Assembly: GCA_951406725.2 (NCBI GenBank)
Contig: OX597838.1
Span: 31,310,001-31,374,000, forward strand
Length of the DNA stretch: 64,000 bases
Reading direction: 5' to 3'
DNA from: Octopus vulgaris
Lineage: Eukaryota
Part shown: piece by piece, positions 27,206-40,500 of the stretch
How positions within the stretch are numbered: the stretch's first letter is position 1
Layout of the letters: the number at the start of each line of letters is the position of its first letter
The notes under the pieces: generated by a model
The model's input: the letters and a program-made list of their open reading frames with translations, nothing else
What the model was told of the DNA's origin: nothing
Database searches by the model: none
Program-made: the position numbers and the translations under genes

Positions 27206-29812
27206 ATGATGATGAGTAAGTAGCATGTGGTAAGGCTTAAAAACACTGACCAACACCACACAACAGATAAGAAACCCTGTATTTGCGGCATTCATCATTT
27301 GAGGTTTCCTAACACTATTGCATCAATGAAATCCATGGTTTATAACGCATTGAACACTCTCTAATTTCTAAGAGTTCCCTTGTCTGTGAAAGTAGAACTG
27401 CATGTGGCTGTTGTAAACTGCAACCATTCTGCCCACCCACCCACCCACCCGCCCCCTTACTATGACTGCTGATTGCCTGCAGTTGAGCCAACCCTTCCCC
27501 CTTCCCTTAGATTGCCTCCAATTATTATCATTATTATTATTATTGTTGTTATTATGCTAGCCTCACACTGTATTGACATGCCTAATAAACTCTCGACATA
27601 CTTTCATTTATCAATTTAGATAACTTCTTTCTCAATCCCACTACTCGCACACATTTCACACATTCTCTCTTCTCAAAGAAGATTTAACAAAGAAAGCAAT
27701 GGCACAGAAAAATCAATCTTTTGTAGCCTCAAATGACACTTGGTAGGCTTAACCTAGAATCCTGAATCCAAAATTAGACACTTTCTTTTCTTCTTCATTT
27801 TCGTTGTTTCAATTTATAACATATTCGTCTTTTCAAAGCAGCACTTCAAGTAACATGACCCAAGCTAGGAAATGGAATGCTACATGTTTCATCTACTCTG
27901 GACACTTCACAAATATTAAAATGACACAAAACATAAAAAAAAATTTTTTTTCCCTACCCACCAACTAACCAGCTCTCATCATGAACTAACCAGAATAGGA
28001 AGTTATAAGAATTACAAACCAGTTCACTCAAACACATGAGGAAGCACTTAGGTATTATTGCAGCTAAGCTATAGTACAGTGTTGGGGTCCACAAAAGTTT
28101 TAGCTGCTTTTCAAAGGCTGTTAATCCCCTTTGATAAAGACATAAAAGTCAAAGTCGGCTATTCTTTCATCTCTAAATCTCAAACTACAGATGACATGTG
28201 TGCAGAAGAAACAATGATTTCAGTGGACTAGACACAAAGCCAATCCTGTAAAAGGAATATGCTAAATCAATCACATTGACTCCAGTATATACTGTCAATC
28301 CATCACATCAACTTTAGTATAAAATTAATATGATATAGTATTAATGTATAACCAATCGCACTGACTGTAGTATATAACAAATATATCATTTTATCGACCT
28401 AGGAGAAACCTATTGTCAGGAATTGTACTAAGAAGAACGAGATATTGAACTAAACATTATATGATGTTTTATAAATGCTTGCAAAATGTTTATTTCATCC
28501 ATCTTTTACATTCCGACTTCAAATTCCATCAAGGTTGACTTAGCCTTTCATCCTTTAGGGATTCATGAAATACCAGTTGAGCACAATGGTTGATGTAATT
28601 GACTAACCTCCAACCCCCAAAATTTCAGGCCCCTTACTCATAAGAGAAAGGATATTATCCAGGGTCAACGACCAGTCAAATAATGTGGATTAATTTAATC
28701 AACTAACCCCTTCCCACAAAAACTGCTGCCCTTATGTATAAATTACAAATTATTATTATTATTGTTGTTGTTATAGCAGTGTAGCAGAATCAATAGGGGT
28801 CCTAACCAGACTCAATGGATTCATCACTCTTAAGCTCAGATCTCACTCAAGTGAGCTTTGCTTTCCATCCCTCCAGAGAAAACAATGAGATCTGCTACAG
28901 TTATATCTTGCGACCTTTTCAATTAACTATATCTCATGCCAATCTGCAAGACATTGTTACTATTAAGGTGGCAAGCTGGCAGAAATGTTAGCATGCTATG
29001 CAAAATGCTCAGTGGTATTTCATCCATCTTTACATCCTGAGTTCATAATCGAGTACCAGTTATGTACTGGGGTTAATGTAATCGACTTACCCCCTTCCCC
29101 GAAATTGCTGGCCTTGTGCCAAAATTTGAAACCAATATTGTTGTTGTTGGTGTTGTTTTCCTAATCATTCTTTATGTAATCCCACATTGTATCTTCCAGT
29201 ATTGTCTCCAATGTTTTTGTGTGGTTAATAAAGGAATTATTATTATTATTATTATTATTATTACTGGTTGAGCACTAGGGTCAATATTATTGACTAGCAT
29301 CTAACCCCAAAATTTCAAACCTTGTGCCTTTAATAGAAAGGATTATAATTATTATTAAAGTGGCCAGCTAGCAGAATTGTTAGCACACTGGGTAAAATGC
29401 TTGGCAGCATTTCATCCATCTTTATGTTCTGAGTTCAAATGCCACCAAGGTCAACTTTGCCTTTCATCCTTTCAGGAGTCGATAAAATAAGTACCAGCTG
29501 AGGATTGAGGTCAATTTAACTGACTTACCCCATCCGCCAAATTTGCTGGTCTTGGGCCAAAATTTGAAATTATTATCATCATCATCATCACCACCCACCC
29601 TGCCAACACTAAATTCCATGAAAATAACTTAGTTACAACTAACAAGAGGAATACCCTCAGCTTTGTTCCACATGAGTGGCTGGTGAAATGTAAGGTGTCC
29701 AGCCATACAAGGTACTCTTGCTCACCCATCTAATCCATGCCAACAGAACATGGTGGGTTTTGATGGTCCATGACCCACCACTTTGTAACACTGGTTACTA
29801 AACTACTAAAAC

Positions 29813-29846
<34 letters not shown>

Positions 29847-30649
29847 TGAGATAAGAAAACAAACATGCTTAACCATTAGTAGACAGCAAAAACAGTTTCA
29901 CAACCGACTAAATGTGAAGTAGTGCTGAATGTCCCTCCTTTTCTCTCTAACCAGTCATTAAACAATAGCACCTCACTCAACCTCCATGGCTGGCTGCCAT
30001 GCTTGAACTCTTAACAAACAACACATAGTAGCTACTTTAAGGGGTTTGTTGTTTAAACCATGACAGGTTGAAAAGAAGAGGAAGAAGATAAAAGTGCATT
30101 AGCGGGAAATCTCCAGCACTGACAACAACAAGGCAGATAAAATCAATTGAATTTCATGGGAAATTCAGCCAATTAGACCAGAAGATAAAAACATACAGAA
30201 CACACACACACACACACAGAGGGCACCTAATTGGTCTCACTGGTTTCATACACACACACAAAGAGGAATTAAACAGATTTTTTTCTTTCTTCCTTTCTTA
30301 ACCAAGTTCCTTAACACTTCACCAACTCACAGAATCAAAATCAACTCGTTTCACACAAAATTAGAGTAAAGTGCACACACACTGGCAAGTTTGCTTTCTG
30401 CTCTTCAGAGGGGAAGAATAAAAAAAAAAACTATGGGTATTATAACTATTCATATCCCAGCTGTCACAAAGTACAGGGCTTTGTGCCAAGTCAAGAGAAA
30501 CTAATAATTTAAATATCATCAATGTTTACATATTAAAAAAATGCTCCTGAGGGAGAGAGAGAAAGAGATAGATGTCATGCTTAGCAACCATGTTAGCAAA
30601 TGGATAATGAAGAACAAATTTCACCAGACACAGGTAGTACAGATTTATC

Positions 30650-30687
<38 letters not shown>

Positions 30688-31843
30688 GTTATAGTTATTT
30701 ACACATACATACACACACACACACATACACTTAGTAGCTCTCCTTTAACAAGAAAAAGTAATTAGTTGGAAAACGTTGGTAGAATAGAATAACTTGACAT
30801 CTATGCCTCACTGGTGATGATGAATGATGGTGATGGTGGTGGTGGTGCCAATGATGAGTGTTGTGTCACCATAGAGGCAGTAGGCAGGTAAGTGGAAGGG
30901 TGAGAAAGAGATAAGAGATAAGAGGGGAGCCAGAATAGGGAGCTGTGTGTGCATGTGAGAGGTGCTCCGCGTGTGAATAAGTGTACGCAGGAGGGAGGGA
31001 GAGATAGATAGACAAGGAGAGAGACAAAGTGAGAAAGAGAGAGAGAGAGAGATTATTTTCTATATGACCCACTTTCATAGTGAATGCATTAAAGGCAGCA
31101 CTAATAGTAATATCCGCAACAATAACCTTTCTTCGTCACTGCCCAGTTTCGTGTGCCCGCGCAATTGTGTGCGAGTGAGAACGTGTGCTGTGCTGCGCTG
31201 TGCGCGTTTGTGTGCTTGTGTGTGTGCACGCACACGCATGTACTTGTTTACATATGCTTTTATATCTAAGTCTAACACACATATCCAAATAGCTATATGT
31301 AACACTGCCAATCATATTGATTACTGTGAGCTAGCTCAGCGACGACGGCGTCTGCAGCAGCAGCAGCTGGAGGGCAGGCAGGCAGATGTTGGATGGATGG
31401 ATGGATGGATGGACGGATGGACGGACGGACGGAGAGCAGGAGGGACAGATGGACGGAGAAGGAATGGACGAATAGAGTTGAAGGAGGAGACGGAGGTGGT
31501 GGAGTGGAGACGGGCAAGCACCAGGACACGGGTGCATCCAATGATCTGGACGGTGGTGGTGGTGGTGGTGGTGGAGAGTATGAGTGTATCAGTTGTCGTT
31601 AGCAACTGGCACGATCTGGTAAAAGACACCAAAGAGAAAGAGGGGCGGAGGAAAAGAGAGAGAGAGAGAGGGAGAGACCAGACACACTTGTATTGAAAAC
31701 AATACTAAACACACATCAGTTGATATGAGCTGCTTTAGAACATGAAATGGAAGGTAAATTTTAAGATTGATAACAACAACATGTAAACATTAATAGTTGT
31801 CTGCTGCTGAAGATACATACACACACACACACACACACGTGCA

Positions 31844-31877
<34 letters not shown>

Positions 31878-32280
31878 TGTAGGGGGAGTAAAATCAAATA
31901 AAATATGCAAAAGAATATACGAAGTAGAGGAGGATGAGGAGGAGGAAAAAGAGAAAGTGGTGTGTACGAGACACAGAAAAACAAATAAATAAACAAATGG
32001 AGAAATGATGGATTGAAAGATGTTGAAAAGAAGAAGAAGGTGAAGAAGAAAGAGAAGAAGAAAATGGAAAAGAAGAAAAAGGAAAAGAAAAAGGAAAAGA
32101 AGAAAAAGGAAAAGAAGAAGAAGGAAAAGAAGAAGAAGAAGAAGGGCGCTAATAAACAGAGGATGGAATTAGTGACGGAGAAATATTGGAATATTATCAG
32201 TGTGATGATAATCTGTGTTGCTATAGCGATTGAAACAGAGTGATCAACAAAAACCATCTCGAATATGATCATATTCCCAC

Positions 32281-32314
<34 letters not shown>

Positions 32315-32592
32315 CTTGCTATTAACTGATATGCTAACAATTATTTATTTTTTGTTGTTGTTTTTGTTTCATTTATTCATTACTTACAGCATTTGTTAGC
32401 TTAGAGACCCATCCCCCTCCACCCGAGTCTTAAAAGTATACAACCATGTGAAATTTTACAAATGGCTTTTATATATCTAGGTGCATTTTTACCTGTGCTG
32501 ACTGTTACAATAATTAAAACCCACTGTCGCCGCCGCTGACGCCACCACCACCGCTAAAGCCGCCAGCAGCAGCACCCAGTGCCACTTGAAAG

Positions 32593-32626
<34 letters not shown>

Positions 32627-34484
32627 AGAGGAGGACTAGCACTGCTACTTGTATTAGTCAGGGAGAGACCAAAAGTAAATACATGTTAGAACACAGCTTA
32701 TTGATCTTTTATTCAGTTTACAAGTCGAGAGCAGACAAAATGCCAATTGAGGAAACTAATTGAAGATATTGTCGTCACGAGCATGTGCAGTAGCAATCTG
32801 TTAACGTAGCAGTTTAAAATAAGAGGATTTTAAGCAAGAAAAATTATCCTAAATGCTTCAGGATAATATAAGCAATAATATAAGCAATAAGTACTTTTGT
32901 GTGGCAGATAATAACAAAAGGTACTGAAGGATTTAATTTCTTTCCTTAATATCCAATCTCCTATTGGCTAAATTTGTTCAATGAAATGATTTATTCACTG
33001 GCCCTGCCTACCACAGCCACACAGCACCAGTAGCTGCTGCTTTCTCCTATGACACATTATCAATAATAACATCACTGCAGCTATATTATTTTCAGTTTTA
33101 TCATCATCATCACCGCCGCCGCCACCATTCCTGCCCACATTCACTGTAACTGGGGAGAGAACTGAGAAAGGAGCATAACATTTGAGCAGCAAATTTAATC
33201 TTTTGCTTCAGCTAATCATATGACTTGAGAGGAGAGGAGAGCGAGCAAACAAATTTATATGTTTAGTGATTAAATTGAATCACTGAATCAACAGATGCAA
33301 GATGACACAAACAACATACAAACAACAATACCAACACCAACACCAAAACAGTCTGTTGTTATTTTTAAATACTGTAATTTTATGGAAGCACTCCGTCGGT
33401 TACGACGACGAGGGTTCCGGTTGATCCGAATCAACGGAACAGCCTGCTCGTGAATTTAACATGTAAGTGGCTGAGCACTCCACAGACACGTGTACCCTTA
33501 ACGTAGTTCTCGGGGATATTCAGCGTGACACAGAGAGTGACAAGGCCGGCCCTTTGAAATACAGGTACAACAGAAACAGGAAGTTAAGAGTGAGAGAAAG
33601 TTGTGGTGAAAGAGTACAGCAGGGATCACCACCATCCCCTGCCGGAGCTTCGTGGAGCTTTAGGTGTTTTCGCTCAATAAACACTCACAACGCCCGGTCT
33701 GGGAATCGAAACCGCGATCCTATGACCGCGAGTCCGCTGCCCTAACCACTGGGCCATTGCGCCTCCACTAAATACTGTAATACTGGTTAATAAACACCAA
33801 CAGTGACACTGAAGATTATAACTATAATTAATATCTAAATCTCAAAATATTTTAAAAATTTCAATAAAGCAACAATAATAATAATAATCCTTTCTACTAT
33901 AGACACAAGACCTGAAATTTGGGAGTGGGGTGTCAGTCGATTACATCGCCTCCAATGCTTGACTGGTACTGAACCCTTTTGTTACCAACCCGGCTGAAAC
34001 CGGCTCTGGCTCTCAGTACAAATGTCTTGTTTTCATAAATTTTGAATTAAAATATTACACCAAAACTTAGTCACAGTTTATGTTCTGAACACTACCTTAA
34101 TGGTAACTAAGTTATTTTACTAAATTCTTTGTTATATTTAAAGTAATTGAAAGAAATACAGAGCATTTCAAAATAAATACAGTAACAAAAGGGTTAATTT
34201 ACTGGCTGTGAAAGGAGGATAGGCAAAGTCGACCTCGGTGGAATTTGAACTCGAAATGTTAAGATGAACAAAATACCACTAAATATTTTGCCCAGCTGCT
34301 AATTGTCCAGTCAGCTGCTGCCTTAATAATAACGATGGTGATTTTAAATTCTGGCACAGGGCCAGCAACTACAGTATTTGGTGAGGATGAAAGGCAAGGT
34401 CTACCTTGGCAGAACAAAATCAGAAGAAATGCCACAAAGCATTTTCCCCAGTGAGGTAAATGACTCTGCCAGCTCATCACCTTC

Positions 34485-34537
<53 letters not shown>

Positions 34538-37500
34538 GACCCTCTTATTGGAAATGGCAATATTAGTCAACATTACAAAGAATTGTAACTAATAAACAAT
34601 AAAAATTGTTTAATATTTGATTATTATTTAATAAATAACATTTATTTAATGATGAGGTTGCAATAACATAATTCCCCACCCACTTTAGGTAATTAATTTT
34701 CTACAATAGTGCCAATAAATTATTACATAGTCTTCTAATTTACTAAAACAAAATTATATTGTTCCTAAACAAGTTATTGTCCTGAAACAAGGTCAGTGGA
34801 TCAACAAAATCACTACAGCATCAAACAAAGTGCACAGTGGCTTATTGGTTCCAATACTTTTATGCTGTGGGTTCAAATCAAATCCTGCCGAGGTTAACTC
34901 TGCTTTCCATTCTTCATACCATGTACTCGGGTTGAACTGACCCCTTTCCTTCCTTGAATACATGTTAGGAGCCTTTGTTCCTCCAAACAATTCCTTGCAC
35001 ACAACTGGATCAACGTATTTGTATAGCATTGATGCTGAGCTTAATTTTTCCTTGCGACAAATATGTTAGAAAATACTTGAAACTCAAGAAATATTAATTA
35101 GAACAACAATGATTATGAAAATCCTAATTTGAAAATGTATGAATAATGAAAACAATTTTATTTCCAATTATTGTACTAATTGTTAATTTAGAAACTATTC
35201 TGATTCATAAAGTCTGACATTTTTAAATCATTAAACATCATATTTCATTTCTATTTTTACAAACTAATTATACCATTCATCAAATATGCGGACCCTTTTC
35301 TCTATTTCTCATCGATCCCTGATAAAATCCTTTTCAGTTAACTTTCTTGCAATTAAGTTTTCAGACCCAACCTTTTTTTATCTTTTACTTGTTTGTCATT
35401 AGACAGTGGCCATACTGAGGCACTGCCTTGAAGAACTTTTACTCAAATGAACTGACCACAGTATTTCCATTCTTTTCTTTTTTTTTAAGCCTATCGTCAA
35501 GCAGTGGAGGAAGACAAACACAGACACAACACACAAATGACAAGCTTCTTTTAGTTTCTGTCTACCAAATCCACTCATACAAATTTGGTAAGCTCAAGGC
35601 TGTAGAAGGCCCTTGTCCAAGGTGCCATGAAGTGGGACTGAACCTGGAACCATGAGGTTGGGAAGTAAGCTCCTTACCACACCATCACACCTGTACCTAA
35701 CTTTCTTTCCTTAGACTCAGACAAGAAATATTACCTCCACCAATAACCTGTCCTAACTTGAACCAATGAGAAAGCCTTAACATCAGCCAGTTTCAACCCC
35801 CACCTTTTTTTTTGATCCACGACACAAAGAAAAAGGCACTAAATGTGTTATGACACACAATCACCTTGCTTCATATTAAAATAAAAAAACAGGTATTGAC
35901 AAAGTTTTAAAACAAAAGGGAGCAGGAGACACACTCACCCATACATTGCCCCTTTTCCACAAAGAAATACTCATGCACCACTTTGGTGTAATGAAAGACG
36001 CTCAAGCATTCTAAAAAATTCTTTGCAGTTTTTAGGTTACCTCAAAAGCTCATGACACACTTGAAGGCTGTGTGCCACAATTACAGCAGATGATGGTGAT
36101 GATGATGATGATGATGATGATACACTGTAAATGTGAATGGACTTGTACCAAGAAGACAAGCTGCACTTTTCATTCTGAATTTAAATTTTGCCAAGATCAA
36201 CTTTGTCCTTTCATCTTGAGAGGGTTGCTCACATAAAATAGTCATGCTGTACCAGCAGGATGGTGTGATCAACTATTCCTGACTCTTTATTAAATTTGTG
36301 ACCTTATACCTATGTTAGAAATCAATATTAATTAAAGTAATTCACTATGAGAAAACTTGCTCCAGAAGTGTTGAAAATGTCTTAATTCTATTTCCAATGC
36401 TTAAAACAAAAAAAACAGTCAAATCTAACTAAATTATATGTTCAATTCTTACACAAGGAAATGAAAAAAAGTAACATATACCAAATTACAGCCGTGGCAT
36501 TACTTGAAAATTATCTGAATAAGTTATTTGGAGTTAGGAGAGACAGGTATTGTGGAATACATTTGGTTAAATACCAGTTGTCAGGCATAATTTCGTCATC
36601 AGTGTTACTGTTTCTAGAAGGTTAGCTTCCAAATTCAGATTATGTTTGTCTTGTAGATTCACAATATAATGAGGAGAGAGAGAGAGAGATGTTATCTAAC
36701 AGGTATTTTGATATAAACATATTTCTTTACTACCCACAAGGGGCTAAACACAGAGGGGACAAACGGATTAAGTCGATTACATCGACCCCCAGTGCGTAAC
36801 TGGTACTTAATTTATCAACCCCGAAAGGATGAAAGGCAAAGTCGTCCTCGGCGGAATTTGAACTCAGAACGTAACGGCAGACGAAATACGGCTACGCATT
36901 TCGCCCGGCGTGCTAACGTTTCTGCCCAGCTCGCCGCCTTTATTTTGATATAAACAACAAGGAGATGAACTTTAGACCATGCAAAGAGACATGTAAATCC
37001 TACTAGTCACAACGGTGGAAGTTTGTAAGCAAAATGAGGTTTAAAGCAATGTAAAGTAATGAATGGAATGAGTTGTTAACACGCCTGAACATAAATGCTT
37101 TGAGAAGAATTAAAGAACGAGCAGGTTGGGATAAAGACTAGAAGAGAATAAAGGAAGAAAATCTTCAATGTAAAATGAGAAAGCCAGCTGTAAAGATTAT
37201 GGAAATGAAAACTGAAAGAAGAAATCCACCAAAAAAACCTTAAGTAAGCCACCGCAAGATAGAGCTTCCAACAAAACAAAGCATTAGGCTTGTTTATTTT
37301 TTTTAATGGTCTTATCAATAAAAATATTTCTTAAATAAACAGGTAATGAAAAATGGCTTCTCAAAAGTTAATTATTCAAATTACTACAACTTGTTTTAGA
37401 AAACTGTTTCAATGTAACAACAATAAAGCTGGAAAGTAAATTTCAATAATATATATATAACAAAAAAAAAAAAAATTAAGATTGAGAAGAAGAAAGACAA

Positions 37501-40500
37501 CAACAAGAACAACAAGAAGGATAGAAATTGCTAAAAGCTGTTCTGTTAATTAATAATGATATATTTATAACTAAACATTATTTCCACAAGTAAATTAAAG
37601 ATTGTAGCTCTTTTAAGTAATGGAAGTAGCAGGGGGGGGTGAACATTGCTCAGAAAATAACACTGAAATTTCTTTCTTGTGTTTTTGTATTTAGAGCATA
37701 TAGTCAGTATTATGTTCTTAGAAAACCAAAGTCAGTAGCACAGTTTCAATTTCTAGTGATAGCTGTTTCTTTTCACATATGGTGCTAGAAACATATGGTG
37801 CTATGTGGGCATATGAACCAGTTCTCTACTTAAAGGTTGAATAAGCCCACGGTTTCAAGGGTCAGCTCAGGAGAGGAAGAGATGAGCAGAGTAAATTGTA
37901 AATTGGCAGAAGACAAGAATATTTCTTCAGGATTTGGACTGAAATGCTGTCCAATCCAAATTTCTTGCTTTTTAACCCTTTAGTATTTAAACCGGCCATA
38001 TCCGGCCAAAATAGTTAATCTGTTTTGTGTTCAAACTGACCAGATCCAGGCTCTCACACCTACCCTACAATGTTATTCTACATTAAGTAATTACACCATC
38101 AAGATCTTGAAGATATGAGACAATGCATGATTAATTCAAATCATTATGTTTGCTAAAATAATCTGAACACTAAAGGGTTAATCCTTTGTTGCCATATTTC
38201 AATTGAAATATATACATTACTGCATATACTCTGACAAGTTGTGGTGCACCTGAGCACTGTATACAATAATTTCATTATTATTATTATTATTATTATTTAA
38301 ACTATGTTAACATTACAGCCATACTCTTTCACCAAGTATCTTCTTTGCTGGGTTTTATTCCCTAAATAAAGAGACGATTACCAATGTATTTCCTTAAACC
38401 CCACGCATTACAAGAAAATATGTTCTTTATTGGAAAATGTCCAATATAACTGATAGCAAACCAGAGCAGAGGAAAACTGATAAAAGTCACAACAGACCAC
38501 AATAAATGAGCTAATCCAGGAAAACTTTGATAAAAACAATTTCTCGTTAATAATGTTTTAAATAAATTGTATGTTTGCAGGTTATCAAACAGGATTAGTC
38601 AGTGAAGTAAGAGTTCTAAGGAAGTAGTTGTTGTTGCTATCCACTTTTCCATGCTTGCATGAAAGTCAGAGAGAATTCATTGGGGTAGCTTTCCCACTGC
38701 TGGATGCCTTTCCTGTTGCCGACCCTTACTCGCTTCCAACCAATGTAATACTTCTCCATAGCTGCGGAGTGGTTGCTGTTAGGAAGGGCGTCCAGCCGTA
38801 AAAACCATGCCGAAACAGACACAGAAGTATGGTGCAGTCTTCTACCCGGCCAGCTCGTCAAACTGTCCAGCATGGAAGGAGGGCATTAAATAATAACAAC
38901 AACAATGATGATGATGAAGAAAGAATACTGCTTGTGTGATGGTGTTGCTGATTTACAGCTATCATGCAATATCAAAGCAAAGAGAAACAAACATGTGCAC
39001 ACACAAATTGGCTTTTTTCAGTTTCCATTTACCAAATCCACTCACAAGGCTTTAGTCAGCCTGAGGCTATAGAGAAACACACTTGCTTAACCCTTTCGTT
39101 GCTATATTTATTTTGAGATGCTCTGTGTTTCTTCCAGTTATTTTGAATATAACGAAGAATTTAGTAAAATAACATCGTTATCATTGAACTAGTGTTAAGA
39201 ACATAAATTGTGACTAAGATTTGGTGGAAGATTTGAATTCAAAACTTATGGAAACAAGACATTTATACTAAAGAGCCAGAGCCGGTTTCAGCCGGTTTGG
39301 TAACGAAAGGGTTAAAGGGGACCTGAAATCAAGTGGTTTGACAGCAAACTCCTTAACCACCCAGCCATGGCTCTTCTGCCTCTTGTGCTAAACACTTCTC
39401 AGCAGCAACAGCAGCAAAAACAACAACAGTTCAAATGATATCACATCTTACCTATTAGCAGTTTAACTACACAGAGTACCTTAATTCCACTCCCATTATA
39501 GTATTGCACCTATAGTATTATAGTATTGTACCTCCAACTGAGGTACCTTCATGACATTCTCATTATGCTAGATATTGAACCAATTATAATTTCAACCGAG
39601 GTACCTTGATTGCATTCTTATCATAATGTTTACACATCTTACCTATTATCACTTCAACCACACTGGGTAGTTTGTTTGCATTCTCGTTATATGCATCTTT
39701 GGCATCTAGTACTTCCCCAGGGTAGTATCGACTCCATTCATCCAAAACGGATCGAGAAGCCTGGTCTGTATCCCGGTAGGTATTGCCAGTCAGAGTACCA
39801 CACAGACCATATGGAGCAAGAATTACTACAACAAAGAGAAACAAGAAAACATCGGATGAAATTTCAATCAGGAAATGCTGTTTACAAGATGGCAATTTTT
39901 TTTTTTACTGGGAGGGGGAAAAATAAACAAGATTTTTTTTTTTTTTTTTTTTTTGGGAAAAAAAAGTGATTTTACCTTGTAGAGGAGAAGTGCTTTCTTG
40001 CACAAGGGTAAGATGTTGGGGAGTTAGCCTCCATACTGGAGGGTGTTGTTTAATCTCTATACTGGCACACACACTACTTTCTCCATGAAGGAAAAAATGG
40101 AAGCAGAATGATAAATGGGAACTGGAAAAGAAGAAAACAAAACAAGATTAGAGTTTGTTTTTAAAACCTTTTCTTTTACTTATTTACCGACATCTTCAGA
40201 CAGAGACACAAGAAATGACAAAGATAACTCTTACGGATATTACAAAGAACTCTGATTACTCAAGGGATATTGCATTTTATAGAATAGAAATTTACATTGA
40301 TACATTAAATCAATAAGTGATTTAATTTAAATAACTTGAAACGAAAACGGAAAAAAAAAAAAAAAGAGCTAAGATATTGAAAACATAAACTGCTCTACAG
40401 GTTTGCTGTCTTTGATTGATGCCATAAATAGATTTTCATTTGAATGTAATTATTAATTAATTGATAAAATAGGACATGAGAGATAAACACAAGTAGATAT

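Noticed and set aside
31064-31696. 210-aa plus-strand ORF
   Set aside because: Built from GT, GGAT/GGAC, GGT and GA microsatellites; no domain or splice support.
31790-32308. 172-aa Phe-rich and 76-aa Lys-rich ORFs
   Set aside because: Translations of the polypurine tract.
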